Source: Leucoraja erinacea
Taxonomy: Eukaryota
DNA: 64,000 nucleotides
Assembly (NCBI RefSeq): GCF_028641065.1
Contig: NC_073398.1
Span: forward strand, 21,514,001-21,578,000
Reading direction: 5' to 3'
A program made the position numbers and the translations under genes. Positions 51,452-64,000 of the stretch are shown here, one piece after another; the stretch's first letter is position 1, and every line of letters begins with the position of its first letter. The notes under the pieces are model-generated. The model saw only the letters and a program-made list of their open reading frames with translations, did no database searches and was not told the DNA's origin.

Positions 51452-52897
51452 TGAGAACCTTCTAGCTCAGGCTTTTAAGAAGACAGTGACTTGTAATGAA
51501 ATCATTAAAATGGTAGCATGCTAGATATTTATTGATTTTGGTTATTTGACACTCACCACTTGCTATTCAGATCAATAACTATTGTGTGACTGTGATAACC
51601 CTTTGACACTAAAATATTTTTTTTGTAACATTGGAACATAATTGTAATACAACAACATGAGATTACATTTTTATTGTGCTTTACTTGAGGGTATAACCTG
51701 GTGATTTGATTTAGATTTGTGCCAAATACTCTTAACCACACAATGATTAATATAAGTATCAGGGGTCATAGAGACCATTTAGATTTAAATAGCCAAGATT
51801 AGGTTCCATTTTTATTTGAACAGGTATTTAGTTGGCTGCAAAAAGAAAATGACCACATTTGCACCTTTACTTTGAATTGGCCTTCATCTGTCAAAATTAT
51901 TTAATGCAACTTCTGTGTAATTGCCTATTAGCCTAGTTTGATGCTGGGTGGAATTTTGGAAGCAGGGCAATAATGTGATCTTGTTCTCGTAAAATATCCA
52001 GCTGAACGTGCTGAGTTAATTGTGAAGATGACTGTATTATGTATAAGCCGCGATTATTAATAATGTGGCACCTCTGTAATGATAATAGTTTAACCTATTT
52101 AGAAATGTATGCTCTACTTGTTTCTAACTGGTTCTTTTTCCAATTAATCTTATCAGAATAGTACCTTCTGATATATTTTGGATATTCTCAATTAACCACT
52201 CTGTGCTATATTGTATAATATCAAGGCAAACATGATAAATGATATGTGCAGAATATAAAGATGAATGGAACTTAACACTTTTGTGGAAGTTTTATTCTGC
52301 GTAAATAATAGGAATATGAGTTATAAGGAATAAAAGGTTTTAACTATTGTACTGATGTGAAGAAAGTAAATCTGTGGAGATCAGTGCAAATCTGTGCATA
52401 TCTCACAACAGTGTTGTTGTGTTACAATGTGGAAGCCAGGAGTCCTCTGGGTGTCAAATGCTGACTCCCCTGATATTTTGCTGGAGGTTATTTGAATCAG
52501 ATTGCTAACTTGGAAATAAAAGGTAAGTAGACAGAACATTATTAAGTATATTTTGAAATAATAAATTTATATTTTTTATCAATGATTTTTAAATTATCTA
52601 ACTTAGTTTCAACTGTGTTTTGATGTCTCTTGTCAAAGGAGACATTTAGGAAGAGTTGAAAAGGTCTTTGATAAAGACCATCAGGCCACTCTGGAAACAA
52701 GGCCACGTGATCCACCAACTGAGATTGAGTCAGTGCTTGCGAGCACTCGGCTTAGCGAGGATAGACACAGCAGTGAAACCTGTATGTTGTTTGCACAGCC
52801 AGAGCAGGTTAATGTGGCCGCTGAGATAACATGGGGAGTGAGTTCAAGGGATGAGACTGGTCCTGAACTGGACAGAAATGAACATGGGTGAATACAA

Positions 52898-53485
52898 AGA
52901 TAGACACAAAGTGCTGGAGTAACTCAGCGAGTCAGGCAGCATCTCTAGAGAAAATGGATAGGTAGCGTTTCTGGTCGGGACCTTTCATCAGAGTGAATGT
53001 AGTGGGGGGGGGGGGGGGACTGGAAGTAAGACAAAAAGCAGCACAATTTGGGGCCGACAACAGCTGACCTCAGGCAAAGGAGGTTCCCTGATAGGCTGAT
53101 TGTTTGCTAGTGACAGTCTGAGCTCAAGAGAGATATATAGTTGTGAACTGTACAACTGGTTAAAGGAGAAAGATCGGGTGAAGGAGGAGGTGTTTGTAGT
53201 AGTTACCTAAAGTTGGAGAATTTAACTTTCATACTGTTGGGTCGCAAGCTACCCTAACAAAATATGAGGTTCTGTTCTAATTTGTGTGTGGCCTCATTCT
53301 GGCAATGGAGGAGGCCCAAGACTCTGTGGGAATTGGAAGGGGAGTTAAAGTGGTTAGCAACCGGAAGATCCAGTAGGCCTTGGTGGACCAATGCAAGTAT
53401 TCAACAAAATGGTAATCAAGTCGACACTTTGCCTCGCCGATGTACAGGCCCTAATGGGAACACCGGATACAGTAGGTAAATCGAT
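52898..53485 (-). mobile_element. Penelope-like element 3' fragment: GIY-YIG endonuclease remnant followed by the LTR
   Basis: Minus-strand translation with frameshifts: GLYIGEAKCRLDYHFVEY...DLPVANHFNSPSNSH...LGLLHCQNEATHKLEQNLIFC*GSLRPNSMKVKFSNFR*, then the same LTR as the short repeats (52898-52995). Confidence 0.88.
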
Positions 53486-56400
53486 GCAAATACATTGGAA
53501 AAAACTGAGTACAAACTTTGTGGAAATGACATTGTACGAAGACATTTAAAAAAAAAAGCCAGTTTTTCCCCCCCATTTGGTAAAATTCCCAACAGAAATG
53601 TTGAAGTGTTTCTGCAGTTTTGCCAGTTTGCTTGTCATGCTACATGTCAGAGAGGCTGCTGAAGGAAACTCCTTCCAGAGTTAAGTGTACAGTAAACACA
53701 TCTGACTGTCATTAACTAGCAAACTAATAGTGGAGCGAGGTAACTGGAATTATGTACTGACTTGAAAGCTTCAATTTTATTTTTTCACTAGAAATTTATT
53801 CATATACCTAAATTAATCCAGTTCATATCATACAAGGAGGTGAGCATGCCTGAGTGTGTGAAATACTTAATAGAAAGATTGCTTTTCCTAAGAGAGTAAT
53901 AATTAGGGATTGAAATTTGCCAAACTTAAAGGTAAATAATATATCATCACAAAAGTAAGTTTCACAAATAATTCCACTGCTGTGATTGATATCAGGCATT
54001 GATACTTGGGAGATAGAAAAAAAAACACTTTAATACTACTTCAGAAGCCCATGGATGCACGAAGAATTGGTAAAGGTCCATCTCTGTCAGGGAAGGACTT
54101 ATCCCTTTTATGCCACCTTGCTCCAAACTCATCGGTGAAAAATTAATATTGGGAAGCACGGCTAAAAAACGCTGAACAAACATCAGCTGTGTGCACTGGA
54201 GAATTCTGCCCATAAATTCTGAATCTTATTGAGTGGCTTATTAGATAGTCATTATTCTGGCTTATGCAGTCAACCGTAATTTCACCTGCTTGTCTGATTT
54301 TGTTTTGCTCACCTTAGGAAGTTAATAAATCTTTCATCGTTGCAATTTATAACACCACTTGTGTGGCGTCTAAAGTGTGGAATTGTTTCTCATCATTCCG
54401 GTCCTCAGACATCACCACCCTTTCAGTTTTGAAGTCCCCGTGTAATTGTTACCAGAGCAACAGCACCTCTTTCAATCTCAACGAAAATTAAACTGTCAAG
54501 GCTGCTTCTACAGCTACATTTATCTGAAATGTTGCCAATTCATCCAACACTTTCCTCCAGCTTCATATGGATTTGTCATGCATTTAATACAGTAGGCAAA
54601 CTGAAATGTTCAAGCTTAAATCCTAGACAGTGCTCATTCTTTAATCTTCTTTGTCAAATTGCTGCAGATATGAGGACAAGCTTTTTAATCAAATATCCTC
54701 CTGTCCTATTTTCTCACACCCTGTTTTCACATTTCCATATCAGAGGTTTATACAACATCCTGAAATCACAATCCTTCAGCCGCTGTAAAATGACATTCCA
54801 CTGGAATATATACTTTATGGTAAATCTATTGATAAGCAAACTCAGCACAAATTATTTCAATGTGTCCTATGTATGAACCACCATCACTTATGGTCTGTTT
54901 GCAAAACATTTGACAGCATGAAACATTTTTTAAAATAATTGGTCACCAGTGATTTTTCAGCAGAAATCTCTCTCAGTACACTTGTGTGGTCATTAAACAT
55001 TTAAATATTTTGAATATTTTAGTTTCAAATTTTATTTGGCAAATATTAAATTGCTATAATTATATGATATTATTTTATATTTATGCATATATAAAATATG
55101 TTATTATTATTATTATTTCACATTTGTCATACACGTAGTTGGAATTTGCCTGGTATTTGTTCATGTGCTCCTGAAGAGTTTAATTTAAATAGGCATTAAT
55201 TTTGCAAGCAGTGGCAAAGTGACTGCACCCGCTGCTAAAATCACAGATCTCGTGATTGCTACGGCACCAATTTCTCTTTCCCCCAACTGTAATTATGATG
55301 CCATGAAGCCGACCGTGTGATTAAATATGTTGAAGATTTTGCACAGGCAGCACAGCAGGAAGGAAAAAGCACAATATTTGACTCACACTTTGAGCACTTT
55401 GAGTGTGTAAAATAAAAAAATGAACGTGCACGTTAGATTAAGGTACAACTCTCATTCTTTAAGATTATATAATTATAATCTGTGAAATAAATTTGATGGA
55501 ATGCTAATCTGCATAGACATGAAATTAATTTCTTGGGAGCAAGACAAAATTGCCAAGCAGTATATCAGTAAAAATCCCAGCTCATGCAAGAAAACATAAC
55601 TTTTTCAGGCTAATTGACAGGGACCATTGCTAAATACCGGGACACTGATTGCAGTGGGGACTGTTGAAGAAGAGCTAGTCTACAGAGAAACACTTCATTG
55701 CTGACAGCAGCTTTGGGATTTCTGGGTTGAACTCCACATACACACAGTCCCCCGAACTTGCTGTCAGTTCCACGGTGTCATGACGGCACATTATTCCGAA
55801 TGTAAAATGTGAGCCAATTATATTTTCATCATTTTCAAGTTAGGTCTGAATTATAGGGAGTTAATGAGCAGTTCAAATTGGGTCCAATTACATATTCAAC
55901 ATTTAATCTAAACTGTTTCTGTCAGTATAAACAAAACCTGTGACATTCTGCCAAGACCTCTCATTCTTTGAATATATTTATACTTTTAGAATTGTGTTCA
56001 AGTTTGGAGCTCAGTGCACTGCACTGGGGTATGGTATAGGGCATGGTCTGATTGTTGATGGTTGCAATACCTTTTATTTAAGGATAAGCTGAATAATGAA
56101 TATTTGAATAATGCAAGCTTCAGGCAACGGCAGTAATTCATGTGTCCTTTATGTTAAATGGGGATGATCAGCCATGGTCACACTGAATGGCGGTGCTGGC
56201 TCGAAGGGCCGAATGGCCTGCTGCTGCACCTTTTGTCTATTGTTATAAAAATAATAAATAAATACATTCACTGGGAGTTCTGGTTCTTGCAACCATTAAA
56301 AGTGTTTAAAATGTGCTCATTGGCTTTTACAATGGAAATTTAAACAGTTAAAAAGAATCAGCAATCCAGATTGAGAAGCAGATGAATTGAAGGGGAGGAC

Positions 56401-58954
56401 AAAACATCAGTCTGTTCTTAGACTTCCAGATCACGAGTGTCAGTGCCTGACCATGGCAAGGCATGTTAATGAAATATGAACCCACTAATACACCAAAAAA
56501 AAGGTGACATTCACGAAACAAACTATTTGTTATGAATTAATTATGCGGACTTCATTAATGCCTGATTCATAAAATCTTCTAACTTTCATTTTACAAAAAT
56601 GAGTTGCTGTGTTTTCAAGGCAAATTTCAATCCCTATGATTAGTCAGTAGTTCCGATACAGCTATCAAAGTCTATTTTAGATTTCTATAGAGTTTATACA
56701 TTGTTTGTTTAATCCATGACCTCTACAATCACACGATCAAACTATATTGAGTGGGGTGAGCTCCACCACCACTCCCCCAGGTTCTGTTTCCATTATTTCA
56801 GGCATTAAGCCAACAAGTTTATGAGCACCGATTAAGCCGGAGGCAGAAATTAACAATAAATGTTGGAGATGAATTAAACCAACATTTATTTTCTCTGTGC
56901 AATATTCTGCTGTTTAAACATTCCAACCTTGATAAGTGGAATTAATTTTCCTGACTCGTGTGTTTGTAAATCAACATCGTATGTTTTGTGTGAGCGTGCA
57001 GATGTGTTATGTAGAAGTGTTGATAAATCGAGTGTTCAATACTAAATGGTTAATGAGACTAAATTACAATTTCAATCTATCCTTGCCAAACTTTTGAGGT
57101 CATTAAACCACTCTGTACTCCATTTCCTTTTCTCGTCAATATACAAAGAAAAAAGCTCCCTCATAAATAACAATGTGAATTAAATGCAGTACAAAGATAA
57201 AATCAATTAACTCAAACAATTCTACAGCAATTATCACAACCATTTCTAAAGAAGCAGCTAAAGTTACAAATTTTGCCCAGAAACACAGTTGTAAACACTT
57301 TTTTCGTCTGATCTTTATTTTTAAGAGATTATTTAAAGAGATGATCAATTGAATAAGGGGGAGGTGGGGGGGGGGTTCCTCCTCACTGCCAAATGAATGG
57401 AAACATGGGGCCAACTCTATTTGCCATTTAGTTCTGAACAGTCAGGGCAAAGATGTGTGATCCGGAGATAGAAATAGAAGTAACCTGACATTTCAACAAT
57501 TCAATTACATCATAAACTGTGTGTTTACTTTTCAAATGGCAATCTTCATCTCAATTTAAACTTGATTGGACAACTTTGCTTGAAAATGTTCAATTCTTAA
57601 GTTGCAAACAATGTTAATGTTCATCATTGGAATTAGAAAATAAGCATACTGAATGTTCTAGATATATGTTGAATATGTTTGTACTTACATTGGTTTGTTA
57701 AAGATGCTGTAAGTTAGGCAGTTGCCGGGTAATTTTAAAGTGAGTAGATGGTTAGCATTCTGTTTGATGCAAATGATGGTTTGTGGTCCAGAACTACAAG
57801 CAAACACTTTCAACATTTCAATTACTCTGGAATGTTGATTTTTTTTTTTTTCTTTTCCCCTCATTCATCTATACAACCCTACTAATTGTAATAATGCCAC
57901 TGAAAATATATGTCTCTTTCTTTGTTAACAATCGATACCTTCAACTTTTTAGTTGCGAAGTGGTAGAATTTCATTGCAGAATGCCCACCATTCTTCCATC
58001 TTTTTGGGGCAGTCTTTTCTTAAAAACTTGCAATAATGATCGACTTTGGAGCACAATCAGAAGTTTGATAGGACATTTTATACCTCAGCATGTTAACAAA
58101 CCTTAATCAATGGCAGGATCCAGTAACCTCTTGGCAAGTGAAACTTTTTTTGATCACCTGTAAAGTGTGTTGAGACAAAATGGCAAAGGTAGAGAGATCC
58201 TATCATCGAGGACGATTATCATTCAAGGCTGGTAAACTGGGACCTGATTCTGATATCGGTGCAGTACTTGCCTCAGTGAGTAGACCCAAGCTCAGTTCAA
58301 AATTGGCTCCTGGGCCTCACGATTTAGGCAAGTTGTTATTTTTTTTCTGTCTGCAGAAGGAGCAAACATTGCTTTCAGCAAATTTCAGGCAGTGGTCCTT
58401 GGGGAAGAATCAGGAGCTAGTGGCTGGACGGTTGGTAATGAGATGTGCACTGATTATCACTAAGGTCTCATTGAACTAGGAAGAGTGCCACTGATTTTAT
58501 ACAAGATATTTAATTTATTGGCCCTTTTACTCTGCCTGTACAACTGAATTACCCTCTCCGAGGCAGTATTGAACTGTTATCATCATTTTCACACTACTGA
58601 CGCCTACAACTCAGCCATTGGGAGTCATTCGCAACTTTGAAAAAATAGTTCAAAACAGTCTCAGGTCAGGCATCTTGCGAGAATCTTTTTGTACAAAAAA
58701 TAAAGGCAGGAATAGGGAGGCCATTCACTCCTTGCCCATTCTTGTCATTCTTGTCTTGTTAGCTTTAGGATTTAATCACTTGATTTGCAAGCCAGAGATA
58801 ATTAATCTTGGGTTTGTGTTACATTTAAACCCAATTCTCCATGGGAATAGAATGAAGGTATATCTATAATACAAAGCAAAACATATTTAAATGTAAATTA
58901 ATTATTCTCCAGTGCAGCAGTGACTGAATTTCACAAACTCTCTTTACAAAGTGC

Positions 58955-59320
58955 GGGGCAGTGGTAGAGTTGCTGCCTTATCACGCCGGAAACCCAGTTG
59001 TGATCCTGTGCGAACAACACGTCCATGCCTTTATTTTAAAACAAATCTGGGTTTTTTTAAATGAAAATGTTTCTGCTATCCCTCAGTATTGTTACTCAAT
59101 ACTGAGGGATATAATTACTCAGGTTTGGTATGTTCTCCCCATGACCTGCGTGGCTTTTCTCTGAGATCTCCCACACTCCAAAGACATAGGTTAATTGGCT
59201 TGGTAAAAATGTAAATTGTCCCTAGTGTGAGTAGGATAGTGTTAATGTGCAGGGATCGCTGGTTGGTGTGGAGTCAGTGGGCCGAAGGGCCTGTTTCCGC
59301 GCTGAATCTCTAAACTAAAA
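58955..59320 (+). mobile_element. V-SINE with a templated insertion at 59007-59122
   Basis: Head gcagtggtagagttgctgcc...gatcc; body resumes gtttggtatgttctccccatgacc; tail ctctaaactaaa. Confidence 0.85.
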
Positions 59321-59482
59321 CAAAAATTAATACTTGCAGTAACGAGGATGATTTCAAAGGATCAATGTGGACTTACTCAGACATCCCATATTGACAACTG
59401 GACTGCATTTTAGCCATTGAAATACATTTCATGTTGATTGGTGTTATAATAACGCAGCAATATTGCTTTTTTATTACCTCAG

Positions 59483-59539
59483 TCAATTGGTGTCGAGATC
59501 CCAAAGGTTAATTTAAGAGAGAGACATCCGAAGGCACAG
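59483..59539 (+). CDS. CACNA2D1: CACNA2D1 alternative cassette exon 18a (region A) homologue, 57 nt
   Basis: ttttttattacctcag|TCA...CAG|gtaacg; SIGVEIPKVNLRERHPKAQ (19 aa, phase 0-0), aligning without gaps to mammalian PIGVGIPTINLRKRRPNIQ as recalled. Confidence 0.9.
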
Positions 59540-60005
59540 GTAACGTGGTGACAATAACAGTGGTGCTGCAAAGCTGCCAGGATTGAAGCTTTAGGAAAAG
59601 AGGTTTGGCAGGCTGATGTGCAAGGGCCGAACAGTGATACTGGCTACCGAAACAATATATGAGCATGACTTTCTAAATGCCTCAATGATAACTAATCTAT
59701 TTTATTAGTTTAGAGCTAACATATGAGATAGTGGCTCTCTTAGCTGCTCTGTTTGGACACAGTACGAGCTTAAAAATAAAGTTAATATTAAAGATTACAA
59801 TGGATGGTTTGCAGATATAGAAAAGTGGTTGGTTTTGCCTATGACAGGTGCTGTCAATGGTTTACCGTGGACACTGCATGCATTCCTTGCATTTGTCTGA
59901 TGACCAGGGCACACATCCCTGTGTGATGATAAAATGATGGACAGTTATTTTTCTGCTGCAGGCTTGTTTGGACAGCCCATCATTGTCATTTTCCATAGCA
60001 TGACG
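59540..60005 (+). promoter_or_regulatory. Candidate intronic splicing enhancer downstream of exon 18a
   Basis: GCATG 59663-59667, TGCATG 59875-59880 and GCATG 59998-60002 (RBFOX); ACTAAT 59691-59696 and CTAAC 59716-59720 (QKI-type); YGCY motifs near the donor (MBNL). Confidence 0.5.
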
Positions 60006-60754
60006 TTTTCCTGGTAAATGCCGCTCGAACAGATGGAAAGCTGCAGCAACTAACTGTTAAAACAAGTATATTTGGCAACGAAAGAGTTAACTGTTGCTTT
60101 AAAACGTAAATAATGCCTTACCTTTTGAATTGTTCTCAATGTATAACAAGTATTTCTACACTTTTTCCTCCATGTATATCTAAATTGTAAATTTTTCTTC
60201 TCCGTTTGAGAGATCCATTTGGACGATGTATCAACATCTAACGTCATTGCTGGTTTTTAATCACCTATGTTGAATTATTTAATTTCCCACTTTACCTGCT
60301 TCTGATCAGTGAACTCTTCCCAAGGATAATGCTCGAAAGAGCACCCGTGGTGTCTTAAGTCCTGTTCCACTGAATAAACAATCTGTGGACATTGCACTTG
60401 TTCTGCCTGTGGACAAGTACCTGTTCTGCATTTCCTAAAATCTCTAATGGTCTAATTGTAATAAGGTGTTCCTGGAGTGGAAACTGTGAACCAGAACCAT
60501 GTTACACTGTGCTGTCTCATAACCATATGCCAGAGAGACTGCCCCAAGGGTGTAAACTATTGAATTAGTAGCATATGATAAAATTAGTTCGGCAATAATG
60601 GTAAATTCTTACAGATTTTTTTGTGAACAAAGGTGAAATTTAAACCAGATTTGTACCCATGAAAGTGGAATTGAAGCTATTCATTCATCCTTGATAATCG
60701 TCTGCAAAATAACCTTGTTTTCATTCTGAATATTATTGAATACATTACTACCTG

Positions 60755-60756
<2 letters not shown>

Positions 60757-60822
<66 letters not shown>
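60757..60822 (+). repeat. (CA)33 microsatellite
   Basis: Perfect dinucleotide run. Confidence 0.98.
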
Positions 60823-60825
<3 letters not shown>

Positions 60826-61936
60826 GGCTTGTCCATTTTAAAATAATGTAATTAGTAATGGAATGGGTACATTTCTTCTGTATGGAGAACAAAATTAACG
60901 ATTTTGTAATCTGCATTTCCAGACCATATTTCCAAACTCATTTACCATGCTACTATCCTTGAAATTTAAGAAATGTAGCTATGAAAAGTTAGTATAAAGG
61001 CTTGTGCCAATATTTCTTTGTCAGATATTCATCACGATGTCATACTCATTTGCAGTCCAAAGCACTTGCACGAAATTTGGTGCAAGTTGATGCAAAAGAG
61101 CAAGGGCATGTGGAACTTAAATGCTATCACCTGAAATGCTTTGAATCCTTCCATTTAATGTGATATCTTCTATTGATTTAGTTTGTTTTTGATGTGCTGT
61201 TTGTGTTGGCTTTCTGTAGGTGTTCCTTTGAAGTACTTGCATGGGTGTGTTGTGCAAGATGGCAATATAAGCTTGCTGCCTGTTGTTGATACCTTTTTGA
61301 TGTTATCATTGATTAACTGAAGTACAGTGGAAGATGCTGAGGAATCTGCAATACATTTCTGATAATGCACTGGAGGCTCCTGCCATGGAACTCACTCATT
61401 TAGGAATTTCATATTAACTAAAAAATAAACTGTAATGGGCATTAAATTCATTTACCAATAGATGATTGCAAGTGGCTGCAAACATCTCGTGATATTCAGT
61501 CCATTTGGAGTTGAATGTGTAAAAGTGAATAAAACATTTATCCAACACTCACTTCATGTCAAAGCCAGTAGCCAAACGCACATTTTAACCTCTATGTATT
61601 TCCAAATCTAGTTTTCACTATTCTTTCCCCACTCCAGTTGCCATGGAAAGGTTGGAGGCTCCTCTTCCCGAGACTAAATTTTAGGCATGAAAACTTATGA
61701 AGACACAAGAGGCCGCAGATGCTGGAATCTTGAGCAAAAACAAACTGCTGGAAGAAATCAGCGGGTGAGGCAGCATGTGTGGAGGGAAATGGACAGATGA
61801 CGTTTCGGGTCTCGTGGAGTGTCCAGACTGACCTGAAATGTTGTCTGCCTGTACCAAAACCTGTGCCTCAAAAATCTCACTAAATATTTCAACATGTAAT
61901 CCAGTTGAAACCCCCTGAAAGATGGACTTCTTAAAT

Positions 61937-62740
61937 CAAGAGTCAAGAGTCAAGAGTCAATTTAATTGTCATTTGGACCCCTGGAGGTCCAAACGAAATG
62001 CCGTTTCTGCAGCCATACATTACACACAAATAGACCCCAGACACAACATAATTACATTTTACATAAACATCCATCACATAGCTGTGATGGAAGGCCAAAA
62101 AAACTTATCTCTCCACTGCACTCTCCCCCCCCCGATGTCAGAGTCAAAGTCAAAGCCCCCGGCTGGCGATGGCGATTGTCCCGCGGCCATTCCAGCCGCG
62201 CGGGGCAGTGGTGTCAGGCCCCGCTCCAGGAGCTCTTCAACCCCGCAACACGGGCGGGAGAATTCGCCGTTGCAGGAGCCCCGAAAAGCGGTCTCCCTCC
62301 AGGGATCCGCGGGCTCCCGGTGCCGCCGTCCGCAGACCTGAAGTAGCAGTTCGCATCAGCAGCCTCAGCGCATCAGCAGCAGCAGCGGCAGTGGCAGCAG
62401 CAGCAGCAGCGCTCCTCCACCGCTCCACCCGCTCCGGTCTCGGCCAGCTCCGCGACGGCAACGGTGAGTCGGCACCAGAGTCCCCGGCTTCTTCCCGTTG
62501 GAGGCCGCTCCTCGTTGCGGCCTCAACGACACCTGAGACCCGACGAGAAAAGGTCGGGTCTCCAGTGCAGGGAGAGATTCAAAATGTTTCCCCCCCCCCT
62601 CCCACCCCCCCACCCCCATCCCCCCACACACACACCCCAACATAAAATAACAAAAACTACATAAAAACACAGACAAAAAATAATAAAACGCGGACAGGCT
62701 GCAGAGGCCGCTGCTGGCCAGAGCCGCGCCGCCTACCGGA
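61937..62740 (-). mobile_element. GC-rich non-coding retro-element (family copy 2)
   Basis: TSD ttaaat 61931-61936 / 62741-62746; (CAAGAGT)n tail; homologous to 25424-26426; internal (GCA)n run. Confidence 0.82.
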
Positions 62741-63616
62741 TTAAATGCATTGTTCTAAAGATTGCAGAGGATCGATCAAATCTTCACCAGACGTGACATA
62801 CTCTGTAGTTATACTGTGGGGTGGAATAAGAAAAATAAGCAGTGGACTAATATAGAACCAGCTTAAGGATGACCAGGGGTGAAGTCATTTTCTCTTGATT
62901 GTTTTATATCCGAACATGTGCGAACAATACGTCCATGCCTTTATTTTAAAACAAATCTGGATCTTTTTAAATGAAAAAATTTCTGCTATCCCTCAGTATT
63001 GATTCCACTAATAATTACTCAGTTTCTTACTTCCTCTCTTTTTACAACAAGATTCTTTTAATCTTTTGCCAGCAATTCTCTGGCTAAGGATCATTGGAAA
63101 GAAAAATGGTGATCAAGCTTTTGTAATTGATTTTTTTTAGTACCCTCAGGTACTGTTCATCCGTACCTGGTGATTTATCCACTTCCAAAGATCCAGAACC
63201 ACATTACCCTTTCTTTTTTATGAATCGTACATTAAAGCAGACATCCCGTCCTATCCTAAGCCACATTGAAGTGGCTGACAGGATGTTATTATTATGCAGT
63301 AGCACTGATCTGCAGTTTTGCTCTAAACTGCTTGTTTCTGCCAAATTGGCCATATTATGTTTCACACGGTGTCAATGCAGTGCAGTGCAGTGAACAGCAG
63401 TGGATAGCTGCAAATGGGATGTGAATTGGAACTGCATGTTATTAGGGTTCTCTCTCAGCTTAACCCAACTTTCTCCATGCTTTGTCTGATATAAATGCAC
63501 ACCGGAGTATACCCACTGTTATCCCTCACGTAACACCCCAGGCTACAGTCATCTCCCACTCGCATACACCTTTGCTCAGGTGAGGAGGAAGCTGAAGCTG
63601 AGGACAAAGCTTTGCT

Positions 63617-63751
63617 GTGTAGGAAGGAACTGCAGATGCTGGTTTAAACTGAAGATAGACACACAATGCTGGAGTAACTCAGTGGGTCAGGCAGCATCTC
63701 TCAATAGGTAATGTTTCAGGCCGAGTGCTCTCTTCAGACTGTTTAATAGAT
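63617..63751 (-). mobile_element. Short Penelope-LTR-derived element
   Basis: TSD agctttgct 63608-63616 / 63752-63760; degenerate hammerhead core. Confidence 0.72.
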
Positions 63752-64000
63752 AGCTTTGCTATTCAGATATTCAGAGGAAATTGAAAACATTTTTTTTAAT
63801 GTTCATTAAATCACCTTAAAACATTTAATGGAAAATAATTTGAAATACATAAAACAAAATAAGAGTTACGTAATATAAATATAATTATCTACCACATTTT
63901 ATTGTTCAAAAACCACCATTAAAATGAAAGACCAAACTAACGCCATATGTAATAGGTTTGGGATCAGAGAGGCAATTTCTCTGTGACATGGAGTCCAGTT

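Noticed and set aside
52440-52528. Perfect donor AAG|gtaagt at 52522/52523
   Set aside because: No convincing acceptor upstream, and the in-frame reading hits a stop codon.
59540-64000. Search for exon 19 (NPKSQ/EPVTLDFLDAE)
   Set aside because: No matching sequence seen; it lies beyond the window.

Overview
Vertebrate genomic DNA. The repeat content (HE1-like V-SINEs, CR1, Rex/Babar, L1, Penelope) points to a cartilaginous fish, probably a skate or ray. The window is the intron-rich middle of CACNA2D1 (calcium channel alpha-2/delta-1) on the + strand. Nine GT-AG exons read in frame: homologues of exons 11-18 (VWA C-terminal half and dCache1) plus the 57-nt alternative exon 18a, which is skeletal-muscle-specific in mammals. 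Both gene ends lie outside the window. The most notable intronic signals are: (1) short Penelope-LTR-derived elements with their own TSDs and a minimal hammerhead ribozyme motif; (2) a complete non-autonomous Helitron carrying a ~1 kb polypurine tract; (3) an unclassified 1.55-kb TIR element with a 7-bp TSD; (4) a 523-bp inverted duplication and two more locally templated insertions into old repeats; (5) GC-rich non-coding retro-elements. There are two assembly gaps. All calls are by eye without database searches, and repeat boundaries are approximate unless TSDs are given.
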